Below, in pieces: positions 1-10,595 of a stretch of 64,000 nucleotides of DNA. Source of the stretch: an uncultured Candidatus Binatia bacterium (GTDB taxonomy: Bacteria; Desulfobacterota; Binatia; UBA9968; JAJDTQ01). The stretch's first letter is position 1. Every line of letters starts with the position of its first letter. The stretch spans positions 2,240,001 through 2,304,000 of the forward strand of contig OZ219754.1 in assembly GCA_964291295.2 (NCBI GenBank). Direction: 5' to 3'. Under the pieces are notes generated by a model. It made no database searches and was not told where the DNA came from. It saw nothing but the letters and a program-made list of their open reading frames with translations. The position numbers and the translations under genes were made by a program.

Positions 1-2
1 CC

Positions 3-143
3 GCCGGCCACGGCTTCGCGCTGGCCGACGGCGATGCCTACGATCCTGCGCTGGCGAAACTCATCTGGCCGCTGTCCGTGAACTTTCTGGACCGGGTGCT
101 GGGAAGGGAGCCGGCGGCCATCGGGAAGCACGCGATTGCCTGA
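3..143 (+). CDS. 3' end of a dienelactone hydrolase-family protein (partial, runs off the window start)
   Basis: Manual translation AGHGFALADGDAYDPALAKLIWPLSVNFLDRVL...; the GHGF...YD...W..FL pattern matches the DLH C-terminus. Confidence 0.6.
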   Translation, partial: AGHGFALADGDAYDPALAKLIWPLSVNFLDRVLGREPAAIGKHAIA

Positions 144-222
144 CCCTCCGGGGAGCGGACACCGCGGGCGGCCGATGCCCGTACGGGTGCGGAAGCGGGA
201 AACCGGGAAACGGGCGAAACCG

Positions 223-1668
223 TCAGACCGCGGCTGGCGGTCTGCGCCGGTGCCATCCGGCGGCCTGCTCGCAGGCGTGGGCGGCGCGCAGCACCCGTCC
301 TTCCCGAAAACGCGGCCCCACCAGCTGGAGCCCGATGGGCAGGCCGCCGGAGGAGAACCCGCCGTTGACGCTGAGGGCCGGCAGCCCGGTGAGGTTGAAC
401 GGCGTGGTGAAGAGGGAACGGAAGTTCACGCCCGGACTTTCCAGCCGGATCTCCTCTCCGTCCACCTCCATCACCGCGCGCTGCGACTCCTCGATGGTGG
501 GGGCCGGCACCGGGGCGGTGGGTGCGGCGATGAGGTCCACGTTCGCGAAGGCTTCGTCGAACTCCCGGCACAGGAGGCGACGAAGGCGCTGGGCGGCAAC
601 GTAGGCATGGGCGGGGATCAGCATGGCGCCGATGTTCTGAAACAGCAGGCGCGCGCTGTACTCACGCGGCCTCGCGGCGAGCCAGGGCAGGTGTTCCCCC
701 ACGTTCTCCGGCCGCGTGATGCAGGGCCAGACCACTCGCGTCATGTCCAGATGGGGCACCTCCACCTCCACCAGGCGGGCGCCCAGGGTTTCCATCAGGC
801 GCTGTGACTCGGTGAACGCCTGCCGGACCGCCTTCGTCATGTACCGGTCGAAGTAGTCCTTGACCACGCCCACCCGCAGGCCCTCGATGCCGGCGGTCAG
901 TTCTTCGCCGTAATCCGGAACCGGTTCGTCCGCGCTGACGGGATCCTTGGGGTCCCGGCCGGCAACGGCCTGCAGGATCAGCGCGCAGTCCCGCACCGTC
1001 TTGCCGAACACCCCCACATGATTGGTGCTGAAACCGCCGTCCCCTGGCACGTGTCCGAACCGGCTGATGCGCCCCCAGGTGGGCTTGAATCCCGCGATGC
1101 CGCACAGCGACGCCGGGTTTCGCACCGAGCCGCCGTTGTCGGTGCCGATGGAGCCCAGGCACAGGCTCGCGGCCACCCCCGCGGCCGACCCGCCGCTGGA
1201 GCCCCCGGCGATCCGCTCCGTGTCCCAGGGATTTCGGGTGGTGCCGTAGAACGGATTGATGGTGGTGCCGCCGTTGGCCCACTCGTGCATGTTGGTCTTG
1301 CCCAGGATCACCGCGCCCGCATCCCGGAGCCGCGCCACCACCGTGGCGTCGTGATCCGGAACCCACCCCTCCAGCACCCTGGATCCCGCGGTGGTGCGGA
1401 TTCCGCTGGTGGCGAGGTTGTCCTTGATGGACAGGGGGATGCCGTGCAGCGGGCCGCGATACGCTCTGCCCCGTATCGCCGCCTCCGCCGCCCGGGCATC
1501 CGCCAGCGCCCGCTCCCGCGCCACCGTGACATACGCCACCAGCTCCGGATTCAGGCGGTCCATGCGTGCCAGCATGCGTTCGGTGAGTTCCACCGGAGAG
1601 AGGTCGCCGTTCCTGATCCGGGCTGCGGCCGCGTCGATGGTCAACTCCGTCAGGTCGTGGTCGGTCAT
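223..1668 (-). CDS. Amidase signature family protein (GatA-like amidase)
   Basis: KDN catalytic Lys, GGSSGGS and GTDNGGSVRNPA motifs. Start MTDHDL follows a GGAGG RBS. Confidence 0.9.
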   Translation of the reverse strand: MTDHDLTELTIDAAAARIRNGDLSPVELTERMLARMDRLNPELVAYVTVARERALADARAAEAAIRGRAYRGPLHGIPLSIKDNLATSGIRTTAGSRVLEGWVPDHDATVVARLRDAGAVILGKTNMHEWANGGTTINPFYGTTRNPWDTERIAGGSSGGSAAGVAASLCLGSIGTDNGGSVRNPASLCGIAGFKPTWGRISRFGHVPGDGGFSTNHVGVFGKTVRDCALILQAVAGRDPKDPVSADEPVPDYGEELTAGIEGLRVGVVKDYFDRYMTKAVRQAFTESQRLMETLGARLVEVEVPHLDMTRVVWPCITRPENVGEHLPWLAARPREYSARLLFQNIGAMLIPAHAYVAAQRLRRLLCREFDEAFANVDLIAAPTAPVPAPTIEESQRAVMEVDGEEIRLESPGVNFRSLFTTPFNLTGLPALSVNGGFSSGGLPIGLQLVGPRFREGRVLRAAHACEQAAGWHRRRPPAAV

Positions 1669-2140
1669 GGTTCCTCCGGGAGACGGGCTGTCGCCGGCAC
1701 CCCGCCGGGTCACGGTGAGCCTAAGCGCACACCGGTCGTGAATCAACCGCGGTGTTCCGGTCGAGCGGATCGTTGCCCGACGTGACTTGGCTTTCGGCCG
1801 CCGCACAGGTACATCCTTTCGGGTGTCCGTCCCTGCCGGTTGCAATGTCCTGTTGCGGGAGGCGGCTACGGATGGTCTCGCAGGGATCGCCCGTGCAAGG
1901 GAAGGTCTGAACAGGGTGATGGCTCGACAGTGAGCGGCCCGCAACCTGTGGATCCCATTGTTTCAGCCCCGGGTTCAGACCTTCCCAGGGAGAATCGTCT
2001 GGCCAGGCTTCTGACCGGACCTGCGCGGACGGGATCGTGGAGTCGACGGTGGGGTTTCCTGCGCCAGCGGGGTTCCCTGTCCCGGGGACATGAAAGGGTT
2101 GCCGGGAGCGTTTCCGGGTCAACCGCAAGGTATCGGTGAG

Positions 2141-3061
2141 ATGCGAATTGCCGCAGTGGATCTGGTCAGCAACACCTGCTTCCCGGCCTTGGCTGCTCAG
2201 GAGTTGGGGTTCTATCGGGAAGAGGGCGCCGACGTGGAGATCGAACTGGTGTCCCAGATCGGCGCCACGCGGGCACTCCGGGAGGGCGGCGCGGACGCCA
2301 TGATCGCGGGGTCGGTGCACGACCTGTTGCGGGAGTTTCCCTGTTGGCGCGGCGCCAGGCTGCTGGTGGCGCTGTCTCAGGGAACCCCGTGGCTGCTGAC
2401 GGTGCGGGCGGACCTGGCGGCGGAGCGGGGAGACATCCAGGCACTCAAGGGCCTGCGTCTGACCGCGGCGGAGGGGCCGGATCTGGTGTTCAAGGCGCTG
2501 CTGGCGGCCGCAGGGCTGGATCCGGCGAAAGACGTGCGCCTCGTGCACCTGCCGGGTTCCGAGGCCCGGGACGTGTCGTTCGGCGTCCATGCCGCCCGCG
2601 GCCTGGAGTCCGGGCGGATCGACGGCTTCTGGTCCAACGCCATGGGCAGTGCCGTGGCCGTGTCGCTGGGGGTCGGCAAGCTCCACGTGGACGTGCGCCG
2701 GGGCGACGACCCCGGGGAGATCCGTCACTGCACCTTCGCCGGTGTCGGCACCACGGACGCCTTCATCGAGCGGGAACCGGAGCAGGCGGCGGCCGTGGTC
2801 CGCGCCATCGTGAAGGCGCAGAAGGCGTTGCGCGCGGACCCGTCCCGGGCCGCCCGGGTGGGCCGGGGACTCTTCCCGAAGGACGCGGCCGAACTCATCA
2901 CCGGCATCGTCGAGCGCGACGTGCGGTTCTACCAGCCGGCCATCTCCGAGACGGCGGTGGCGAAGCTCAATGCCTTTGCCCGGTCCGCCGGCCATCTGCC
3001 GGGGCTGGTGCCCTACGAGCAGGTGGCGGCGGTGCAATTCCGCCACCTGTGGGAGGATTGA
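2141..3061 (+). CDS. NitT/TauT (SsuA/THI5-like) ABC substrate-binding protein, orphan
   Basis: P..AA..LGFY.EEG.DVE N-terminal pattern typical of NMT1/SsuA-type binding proteins. Confidence 0.75.
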   Translation: MRIAAVDLVSNTCFPALAAQELGFYREEGADVEIELVSQIGATRALREGGADAMIAGSVHDLLREFPCWRGARLLVALSQGTPWLLTVRADLAAERGDIQALKGLRLTAAEGPDLVFKALLAAAGLDPAKDVRLVHLPGSEARDVSFGVHAARGLESGRIDGFWSNAMGSAVAVSLGVGKLHVDVRRGDDPGEIRHCTFAGVGTTDAFIEREPEQAAAVVRAIVKAQKALRADPSRAARVGRGLFPKDAAELITGIVERDVRFYQPAISETAVAKLNAFARSAGHLPGLVPYEQVAAVQFRHLWED

Positions 3062-3228
3062 CACCCCGCCGCCCGCGGCAAGACGCCCCCGGGAGTCGAT
3101 CCGTACCACGCAGCCGGTCCTGTCGGATCACTCATGAAGGGGACGGAATCATACGTTTGTGCTCTTCCGTCACCCCCAGTCCGGACATGGCGTGACGGGA
3201 GGATCAAAAAATTCGCGTGCCGGGTCCA

Positions 3229-3534
3229 TCACGCCGGCTGATACCGCCGGACGTCGATCTCATCGGCGCGTGCTCGCATCCGCGCGGCGTCGTGCCATGC
3301 CTGCATCCGCAACAGCAGATCCATGCTCACGCCGAAGGCCTTCTCGACCCGCAAAGCCATTTCCGGCGACAGCGACGCGTTGCCGTTCAACAGGTCCGAG
3401 AGCGTCGCGCGGCGCACGCCGAGAATCCGCGCCCCAGCGGCAATACTCAATCCGAACTCCTCGATCACTTCGATCCGGATAAAGGCGCCAGGATGCGAAG
3501 GGGTCATCCCGGTCTTGATGCCGTGATCGGTCAT
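3229..3534 (-). CDS. higA: HigA family antitoxin (HTH)
   Basis: HPG.FI..E, LGV.R.TLS.LLNG...LSPEMALR.EKAFG motif. TGATG-coupled to the upstream toxin. Confidence 0.9.
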   Translation of the reverse strand: MTDHGIKTGMTPSHPGAFIRIEVIEEFGLSIAAGARILGVRRATLSDLLNGNASLSPEMALRVEKAFGVSMDLLLRMQAWHDAARMRARADEIDVRRYQPA

Positions 3535-3830
3535 CAGTGGTAATCCTCCAGGTTCACGTATTCGATCCCGCCGTGCCGTTCCTCGAAGGTGACCCGCCAA
3601 TTGGCCGACACCGATACGCTCCACTCGTTGCGGCGTTCACCGGACAGTCGGTGAACCCGCCAGCCGGGCGGCGCTTCCCGGATGAAGCCCTCCACGTTCT
3701 CGGCCAGGACCAGCGCGGTCATGATGCCGCGCACCCGTTCCATGAGGCTTTGTTTCAGCAATCGAGAGGAGTCGTTCTCGAAAAGCTGGCGCAGTCCCCG
3801 ATGACGGATGGAAGGGATGACCATGCCCAT
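3534..3830 (-). CDS. higB: HigB/RelE-like toxin (plasmid maintenance system killer)
   Basis: I.SIRHRGL..LF...PPGWRVH.L.G....WSVSVSANWRVTF...NLEDYH; toxin-first gene order. Confidence 0.9.
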   Translation of the reverse strand: MGMVIPSIRHRGLRQLFENDSSRLLKQSLMERVRGIMTALVLAENVEGFIREAPPGWRVHRLSGERRNEWSVSVSANWRVTFEERHGGIEYVNLEDYH

Positions 3831-3832
3831 GT

Positions 3833-3849
3833 GTACGGCATGACCGTAC
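3833..3849. promoter_or_regulatory. Inverted repeat GTACGG-N5-CCGTAC, candidate HigA operator
   Basis: Perfect 6-bp palindromic arms immediately upstream of the higB start. Confidence 0.5.
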
Positions 3850-4491
3850 GAACCGCAAAAGTGTGGGCGACCGGAGAACGAACGGTCGGGCACGGCGGCG
3901 CGAGCCCGTTTCTGTCGCCCTGGTCGGCGTCAGGTCTCGCTTGTGCGCCCGCACCACTCGCGCATCCCGCCGCCAGTGCCAGGATGGCCGGACAGGGGGA
4001 AACCGGGTTTGCGAGGGCGTGTGCGTATCGCGCGACCATGACATTATCCTTTCCTTCGTCAAGCCGCGTCGGCCGCCCCGATCATGTCGAGGAGCGAATG
4101 ATGACGATGCGACGCCGCGAACACGCCGCTCCTTCCAGCCGGCACTGTACCATGACGTGGCCCTGCCCGTCGTCGGACAGCAACCCGATCAGAAGCCGCC
4201 GCTCCGTGCCCGGCTTCGCTCCCATGAAGTGCATCCCGGGTCGGTGTCGGTGGGGATGGCAGCCGTGGTTCCCCGTGCGTTCGAGCAGGGCGCGGGCGTC
4301 CACGCGCACCGTCGCCGGCGGATTCGCGGGATTGCGGCATTTGATAGGGCCTGGGCTTGATCTACCATGGTGGCACCGTTTCGGCGGACCGCCGCCGGGA
4401 CACATACCCGGGACTTGCGGGAAGCTGGAGACGCGGAGCAGGACATGGGGCAAGGGGCGGTGCGCCGCCCCTTCGAGGAAGGAGTTGAGCC

Positions 4492-5625
4492 ATGAGGGAT
4501 GGATTTCGTGTCATCGATTCGGACCGGCATATCATGGAGCCGTCGGACGTCTACGACCGCTACATGCCGGAGAAGTTCCGCGGGAGGGTCAAGATCACCG
4601 GACCCAACCAGTCCGGGCGCTTCGTGGACGGCAAGGCCGTCTCGGATTCGGACCGGCGCCCCGACCGGGAGGTCACGGACCATGGTTTCATCTTCGCCAG
4701 CAACAAGTCCTGGCGGGAGACATTTGCCGAAGCCATCGCCACGGGTTTCGATCCCGCTTCCAACCTCCGCGACATGGACCGGGAAGGCATCGACCTGAGC
4801 GTGCTGTTCCCCACCATGGGCCTCTACGTCATGTGGCGCTCGGACATCGACCCGGAGTTGAGCGCGGCCATCTGCCGGGCCTACAACACCTGGCTCGCGG
4901 AGTATTGCAGCCACGACGCGTCGCGGCTGCGCGGCGTCATGCTGCTGCCGCTGCAGGATCCCGCACGGGCCGTGGAGGAGCTGCGGCATGCCCGCGAGAC
5001 CCTTGGCCTGCTGGGCATCTTCTGGCGTCCCAACAAGCTCTGCGGCCGCACGCTGGCGAGTCCCGACTACTTTCCCGTCTACGAGGCGGCCCAGGATCTG
5101 GGCGTCACCGTCTGCGTCCACGAAGGCGCGCGCACGGTGCTGGAACAGGCCGGCAGCGACCGCTACAGCGAATTCGGTCGCCACGTGGCCTGTCATCCCC
5201 TGGAGCAGATGCTCGCGTGCCTGAGCTTTTGCGGCGACGGCGTGCTGGAGCGGTTTCCCGCCCTGAAGGTGGCCTATCTGGAGTCCGGCTGCGGCTGGGT
5301 GCCGTTCTGGCTTGAGCGCATGGACGAGCATTGGGAGCACGAGTCCCACGGCTCCGCCAGAACCACCCCCGAAAAACCCAGCTTCTACTTCCACCGACAG
5401 TGCTGGGTGAGTTGCGAGGCCGGGGAAGAGCTGGTGCCGAGCTTCGTGGAGCACGTGGGCAACGACCGCCTGACCATGGCCACGGACTATCCCCACAGCG
5501 ATTGCATCGACAAGTGGCCGGACCTCACCGTCGGTGCCCTGAGCGCCAACGAGAAGCTGTCGCAGGAGACCCGCCGCAAGATCCTGTGGGACAATCCGGC
5601 GCGGATGTACGGTCTGGAGGCGTAG
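4492..5625 (+). CDS. Amidohydrolase_2 family metal-dependent hydrolase/decarboxylase
   Basis: IDSDRH, MDREGID..VLFPT, AYN.WL, ESG.GW.P, TDYPH and NPARMYG motifs. Confidence 0.9.
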   Translation: MRDGFRVIDSDRHIMEPSDVYDRYMPEKFRGRVKITGPNQSGRFVDGKAVSDSDRRPDREVTDHGFIFASNKSWRETFAEAIATGFDPASNLRDMDREGIDLSVLFPTMGLYVMWRSDIDPELSAAICRAYNTWLAEYCSHDASRLRGVMLLPLQDPARAVEELRHARETLGLLGIFWRPNKLCGRTLASPDYFPVYEAAQDLGVTVCVHEGARTVLEQAGSDRYSEFGRHVACHPLEQMLACLSFCGDGVLERFPALKVAYLESGCGWVPFWLERMDEHWEHESHGSARTTPEKPSFYFHRQCWVSCEAGEELVPSFVEHVGNDRLTMATDYPHSDCIDKWPDLTVGALSANEKLSQETRRKILWDNPARMYGLEA

Positions 5626-5627
5626 GG

Positions 5628-6653
5628 ATGGCGCGATTCCGGGTCGTCTACTGTGGCAGCAACGATGTGCCCGCCGACCTCATCGAGCCGGTCCTGCGGG
5701 AGGCCGACGCGGAGATGGTGGTGGCCCGGCCCACCAGCGACGAGGAGGTGGCGGAGGCCGGGCGCGACGCCGACGGCATGATCTTTCACGGCGCCCTGCC
5801 GCTCACCCGCGAGATCATCTCGAAGCTCGACCGCTGCAAGGTCATCTGCCGCACCGGCGTGGGCGTGGACCGACTGGACCTGGCCGCGGCCAGGGAGCAC
5901 GGCATCGTCGTGTGCAACGCCGCCGGCTGCAACGCCATCGAGGTGGCGGAGCAGATGATCGGGCTCATGATCGCCATCTCCCGCAAGCTCGTGCGCATGA
6001 ACCAGTACGTGCGCGAGGGCCGCTGGCGCCGCCACACCGCCGAACTCCATGCCTACCGCGGTCCGGTGGCGCGCATTGCCGGCCAGACCCTGGGGATCGT
6101 CGGCCTCGGCCACGTCGGACGCCAGGTGGCGCCCCGGGCCCAGGGCATGAAAATGAACGTCCAGGCCGCGGACCCCTATGTGGCCGCGGTCATTGCCGAG
6201 GCCATGGACGTCCGGCTGGTCGCCTTCGACGAACTGGTTCGCAGCTCGGACGTCATCACCCTGCACGCCCCGCTGGTGCCGGCCACCCGCCGGATGTTCG
6301 GCCGGGAACAGTTCGCGGCCATGAAGAACAGCGCCTATCTCATCAACTGCGCCCGGGGCGGGCTGGTGGACACCGGCGCCCTCCACGAGGCCCTCACCAC
6401 CGGTCAGATCGCCGGGGCGGCCCTGGACGTTACCGACCCCGAACCCCTGCCCGCCGACCATCCGCTGCTGATGCTGCCCAATGTCATTGTCACCTGCCAC
6501 ACCGCCGCCAACTCCAACGAGTCCTATGTCGATTGCCAGACCCACGCCGCCCGGGAAGTGGTGCGGGTGCTCCGGGGCGAGCCTCCCACCACCGCCATCG
6601 ACGACCCATGGCTGCTGACCGACGCCCAGGATCGGGGCTTCGGCGGCGTGTGA
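5628..6653 (+). CDS. D-isomer-specific 2-hydroxyacid dehydrogenase (CtBP/SerA-like)
   Basis: GVGVD, GIVGLGHVG, LHAPL, INCARG, AALDV..PEP and H-T-A motifs. Confidence 0.9.
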   Translation: MARFRVVYCGSNDVPADLIEPVLREADAEMVVARPTSDEEVAEAGRDADGMIFHGALPLTREIISKLDRCKVICRTGVGVDRLDLAAAREHGIVVCNAAGCNAIEVAEQMIGLMIAISRKLVRMNQYVREGRWRRHTAELHAYRGPVARIAGQTLGIVGLGHVGRQVAPRAQGMKMNVQAADPYVAAVIAEAMDVRLVAFDELVRSSDVITLHAPLVPATRRMFGREQFAAMKNSAYLINCARGGLVDTGALHEALTTGQIAGAALDVTDPEPLPADHPLLMLPNVIVTCHTAANSNESYVDCQTHAAREVVRVLRGEPPTTAIDDPWLLTDAQDRGFGGV

Positions 6654-6803
6654 CGTTGCGGGGTAGAACGGCGGCGGAACGGCGGCGCGAAGGCCGGTCG
6701 AAGAGAACACCGCCCTCGGGCGGGTTGCCCTCGTGTCCGTGCCCTTGAGTCCGGGCGTTGCCGGCGCCACCGATGGATGCTCGTCCATCCCCCGCCGGCG
6801 GGA

Positions 6804-9128
6804 TCATTCCGCAGGTGATGGTCCTTGCGCTTTCCGGATCGCCTGCCACAGCTTCGGTGCGGTGTAGGGCATGTCGATGTGGTCGATGCCCAGGGGGGAG
6901 AGGGCGTCCATGACGGCGTTGGCCACGGCCGGGGGCGCACCGTTGGTGCCGGCCTCGCCCACGCCCTTGACGCCCAGCGGGTTGAAGGGATTGGGAGTCT
7001 CGGTCTCGCCGAGGACCAGGGGCGGCATGGTGGAGGCGCGCGGTACCGCGTAGTCCATGAGGGTGCCGGTCCTGGGCTGGCCCGCCTCGTCGAAGACCAT
7101 CTGTTCGCACAGCGCTTCGCCGAGGCCCTGGGCGAGGCCGCCGTGGACCTGGCCTTCCACGATCAATGGGTTCAACACGACGCCGATGTCGTCCACCAGC
7201 ACCAGTTTCTCCACGGTCAGTTCGCCAGTGTCGGTATCAATGCGCACCAGCGCCACGTGGGCGCCGAAACCCCAAGCCTCCCGGTCGGGGTCGAAGAAGG
7301 CGACTTCGTGGAGACCGGGATCCATCCCCGCCGGCGTCCCCTTGGCGTGAGCCGCTCCGGCCACTTGGCGCCAGCTCACGTTTCGTTCCGGCACGCCGGC
7401 CACCGCGAAGCCCCCGTCCACCTGGACCACGTCGTCCGGCGCCGCTTCCATGAGGTTGGCGGCGACGGCCCGAGCCTTGGCGATGACGCGTTCGACGGCC
7501 CGGCTCAGGGCGCCGCCGCCCATGACCGCGCTGCGGCTGCCGAAGGTGCCGGTGCCCTGCTGGATGGCCATGGTGTCGCCGTGGCGTACCACCACGCTTT
7601 CCACGGGTACCTTGAGTTTCTCGGCGGCCACCTGGGCCCACACGGTTTCGTGCCCCTGCCCGTGCGAACTGGAACCCGTCAGCACGGTCACCTCGCCGGT
7701 GCGGTCCACCCGAACGGCGCCGCTTTCGAACCCGGCACCGCCGCTGGGCTCCACGAAGGTGGAGACCCCCACTCCCGCCAGTTCGCCGCGCCCCCGGGCC
7801 TCGTCGCGCCGGCGCAGGAGCTGGTCGTAGTCGGACAGACGCAGCGCTTCGTCGAGGGACTTCTCGTAGTCCCCGGAGTCGTAGGTGACGCCCACGCCGG
7901 TGCGGTAGGGAAACTGGTCCGGCTGGATGAAGTTCCTGCGGCGGAGTTCCAGGGGGTCCAGGCCCAGATCCCGGGCCGCCTTGTCCGCCAGCCGCTCGAT
8001 GTTGAGCACCGATTCGGGACGGCCGGCGCCGCGGTACGGCCCGGTGGGCACGGTGTTGGTAAAGGCGGAGACGACCTCCACCCGGACGTCCTGGATGCGG
8101 TAGCAGCCGGGGGCCATGACCAGCATGCGCTGGGGCGGCCCGGCGGTGGCGGAGTGCAGGTAGGCGCCGAGGTTCGCCACCACCCGCACCTTGAGGCCGA
8201 GCATCCTGCCGTCCCTGCTCAGCGCCAGTTCCGAGGTCATGGCCTGGTCGCGGCCCTGGCAGGTGGTGAGGAAATCCTCGCTGCGGGTGGCCATCCACTT
8301 GACCGGCCGCCCCAGCTTTCGGGCCAGATGGCAGACCAGGACGTCTTCCCGGTAGACGCAGCCCTTGCTGCCGAAACCGCCCCCCACGTCCGGGGCGATG
8401 ACCCGGATGCGGTTCTCGGGAAAGCCCAGCGAGTTGGCCAGGTCCGCGCGTGAACGGTGCGGCCCCTGGGTGGAGAGCCATACCGTGAGTTCGTTCCTGA
8501 TGGGGTCGGGGTTTGCCAGGACTCCCCGCGCCTCCATTGACATGGCCACCAGCCGCGGGCTCTTCATGTGCAGGCGGACGATGTGGTCCGCCTCGGCGAA
8601 CGCCTTGTCCACGTCGCCGTTCTCCCGCTTCAGGGTGTAGCAGTGGTTGGTGCCGAGTTCCTCGTGTGCCAGCGCGGCGCCTTCCTCGAGCGCGGCCTCG
8701 GCGTCGGTGACCACCGGCAGCGGTTCGTAGCTGACGCCGATGGCGGCGGCGGCGTCTTCCGCCAGGGCGCGGCTCTCGGCCACCACGGCCGCTATCGGCG
8801 CGCCCACCGCGTGGACCACACCCCGGGCCAGCACGGGATGCTCCGGCATGTTCATGTCCGGCGTCAGCATGGGCGCGCGCAGGCGCAGGTCGCCGGTGTC
8901 GCCGCCGGTCACCACACAGACCACGCCGGGCATGGAAGCGGCTTCGCCGGTGTCAACGGACAGGATCCGGGCGTGGGGATGAGTGCTCCGGTGAATCGCC
9001 ACGTGCAGGATGCCCGGCAGCTTCACGTCATCCACGTAACAGCCCCGGCCGGTGAGCAGGGGCGGATCCTCGACCCGGGGGATGGCGGCGCCGATCAGGC
9101 CGCGGGAACTGCTTTGCTCTGTGCTCAT
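6804..9128 (-). CDS. Xanthine dehydrogenase-family Mo-hydroxylase large subunit (CoxL form II-like)
   Basis: DVGGGFGSK, PYRGAGRPE, HGQGHET, GTFGSRS and KGVGEAG motifs. Confidence 0.9.
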   Translation of the reverse strand: MSTEQSSSRGLIGAAIPRVEDPPLLTGRGCYVDDVKLPGILHVAIHRSTHPHARILSVDTGEAASMPGVVCVVTGGDTGDLRLRAPMLTPDMNMPEHPVLARGVVHAVGAPIAAVVAESRALAEDAAAAIGVSYEPLPVVTDAEAALEEGAALAHEELGTNHCYTLKRENGDVDKAFAEADHIVRLHMKSPRLVAMSMEARGVLANPDPIRNELTVWLSTQGPHRSRADLANSLGFPENRIRVIAPDVGGGFGSKGCVYREDVLVCHLARKLGRPVKWMATRSEDFLTTCQGRDQAMTSELALSRDGRMLGLKVRVVANLGAYLHSATAGPPQRMLVMAPGCYRIQDVRVEVVSAFTNTVPTGPYRGAGRPESVLNIERLADKAARDLGLDPLELRRRNFIQPDQFPYRTGVGVTYDSGDYEKSLDEALRLSDYDQLLRRRDEARGRGELAGVGVSTFVEPSGGAGFESGAVRVDRTGEVTVLTGSSSHGQGHETVWAQVAAEKLKVPVESVVVRHGDTMAIQQGTGTFGSRSAVMGGGALSRAVERVIAKARAVAANLMEAAPDDVVQVDGGFAVAGVPERNVSWRQVAGAAHAKGTPAGMDPGLHEVAFFDPDREAWGFGAHVALVRIDTDTGELTVEKLVLVDDIGVVLNPLIVEGQVHGGLAQGLGEALCEQMVFDEAGQPRTGTLMDYAVPRASTMPPLVLGETETPNPFNPLGVKGVGEAGTNGAPPAVANAVMDALSPLGIDHIDMPYTAPKLWQAIRKAQGPSPAE

Positions 9129-9156
9129 GGATCGTCCTCGAAGGTTGGGGCGAGCG

Positions 9157-10035
9157 TCACGTTGCCCCGCCGAGGTCCCGTTCCCGCGCCGCCTTGATGG
9201 TGCGGCGGGCGCAGACCACGGCCATGTGGCGCTTGTAGTCGGCGTCGGCGTAGGAGTCGGCGTGCGGATCGATGCCGTCCGCGGCCCGCCCGGCCGCCGC
9301 TTCCACCACCTCCGGCGTCAGCGCCCGGCCCGCCAGGGCGGCCTCGGCCGCGGTTGCCCGGTGGGGGGTGCCGGCCACGCCTCCCAGCACCAGCCGCGCC
9401 CCGGTGCAGGCGCCGGTGCCGTCCACCGACAGCGCCGCCGCCGCGCTCACCACCACGTAACCGGAGGCCGGGTGAGGCAGCTTGGCGTAGCTCGTCCTGG
9501 CAGGGGGGGCGGGCAACGGGATGCGTACCGCGGTGAGGATCTCGTGAGGTTCCAGCGCGGTGGTGAAGAAATCCACGAAAAAGTCGTCAACCCCCACGGT
9601 CCGCTCGCCCCCGGACGAGGCCAGCACGAAGGAGGCGTCGAGGGCGGTCAGGGTCACCGGCAGGTCGGCGGCCGGGTCGGCGTGGGCCACGCTGCCGCCC
9701 AGGGTGCCGCGGTTCCGCACCTGCAGGTCGCCGATGACCGAGGCCGTGTCCGTCAGTCCCGGAAGCAGGTCGCGCACGATTTCCGACGCGCCCACTTCGG
9801 CGTGGGTGGTGAGGGCGCCGATGACCAGCGCCTCCCCTTCCAGCCGGATGCCGCTCAGGCCCGGTATGCGGCGCAGGTCGATGAGCACCTCGGGATGGGT
9901 CAGCCGGAGTTTCATGGCCGGAATCAGGCTGTGGCCTCCCGCCAGCACCTTGCCGTCCTCGCCGTGTTCCCGCAGCAGAGTGAAGGCTTCCTGAAGGGAG
10001 TGCGGCGCGTGATATCCGAAGCTAGCGGGATGCAT
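9157..10035 (-). CDS. Mo-hydroxylase FAD-binding medium subunit (CoxM/CutM-like)
   Basis: LAGGHSLIP and [17 protein letters not shown] motifs. Confidence 0.9.
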   Translation of the reverse strand: MHPASFGYHAPHSLQEAFTLLREHGEDGKVLAGGHSLIPAMKLRLTHPEVLIDLRRIPGLSGIRLEGEALVIGALTTHAEVGASEIVRDLLPGLTDTASVIGDLQVRNRGTLGGSVAHADPAADLPVTLTALDASFVLASSGGERTVGVDDFFVDFFTTALEPHEILTAVRIPLPAPPARTSYAKLPHPASGYVVVSAAAALSVDGTGACTGARLVLGGVAGTPHRATAAEAALAGRALTPEVVEAAAGRAADGIDPHADSYADADYKRHMAVVCARRTIKAARERDLGGAT

Positions 10036-10516
10036 GTGCTCCCCTCATCTGCTCGGCGGCTCGGCGGATGGCCTTGACGATGTTCACATAACCGGTACAG
10101 CGGCACAGGTTTCCTTCCAGCGCGTGCTTGACGGCGTCCTCGTCGGGGTCCGGATCGGTCTCCAGCAGGTGGGCCGCGGTCATCACCATGCCCGGCGTGC
10201 AGTAGCCGCACTGAAGTCCGTGCTGCTCCTGGAAGGCCGCCTGCACGGGATGCAGGGTGGTGCCGTCCGCCATGCCCTCGATGGTCGTGACCGCGGCGCC
10301 GTCGGCCTGCACCGCGAGCACCGTGCACGACTTCACCGCGGCACCGTTCAGGTGCACCGTGCAGGCGCCGCACTGGCTGGTGTCGCAACCCACATGGGTG
10401 CCGGTGAGCCCGAGGTGCTCGCGCAGGAAATGAACCAGCAGCAGCCGCGGTTCCACCTCGGCCGCGCGGCCCTCTCCGTTGACGGTGATCTGGATGGGTA
10501 TTGCGGGATGTTCCAT
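10022..10516 (-). CDS. Mo-hydroxylase 2Fe-2S small subunit (CoxS-like)
   Basis: [19 protein letters not shown] and GNLCRCTGY motifs. Confidence 0.92.
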   Translation of the reverse strand: MEHPAIPIQITVNGEGRAAEVEPRLLLVHFLREHLGLTGTHVGCDTSQCGACTVHLNGAAVKSCTVLAVQADGAAVTTIEGMADGTTLHPVQAAFQEQHGLQCGYCTPGMVMTAAHLLETDPDPDEDAVKHALEGNLCRCTGYVNIVKAIRRAAEQMRGAHASR

Positions 10517-10595
10517 GGTTTCCTCGTCAGCGGCGCGTCTTCCCGGAGGAGCGGCGCATGGACCCGGCCGCCGGCGCTTCGCGTGACCCGGCGGG

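Noticed and set aside
223-1668. gatA
   Set aside because: No gatB or gatC is adjacent; better treated as a general amidase.
3890-4450. Protein-coding gene between higB and the amidohydrolase
   Set aside because: The candidate ORFs lack motifs and convincing codon bias; left unannotated.
6804-10516. True aerobic CO dehydrogenase (form I coxMSL)
   Set aside because: It lacks the Cu-binding AYxCSFR motif and the coxDEFG accessory genes.
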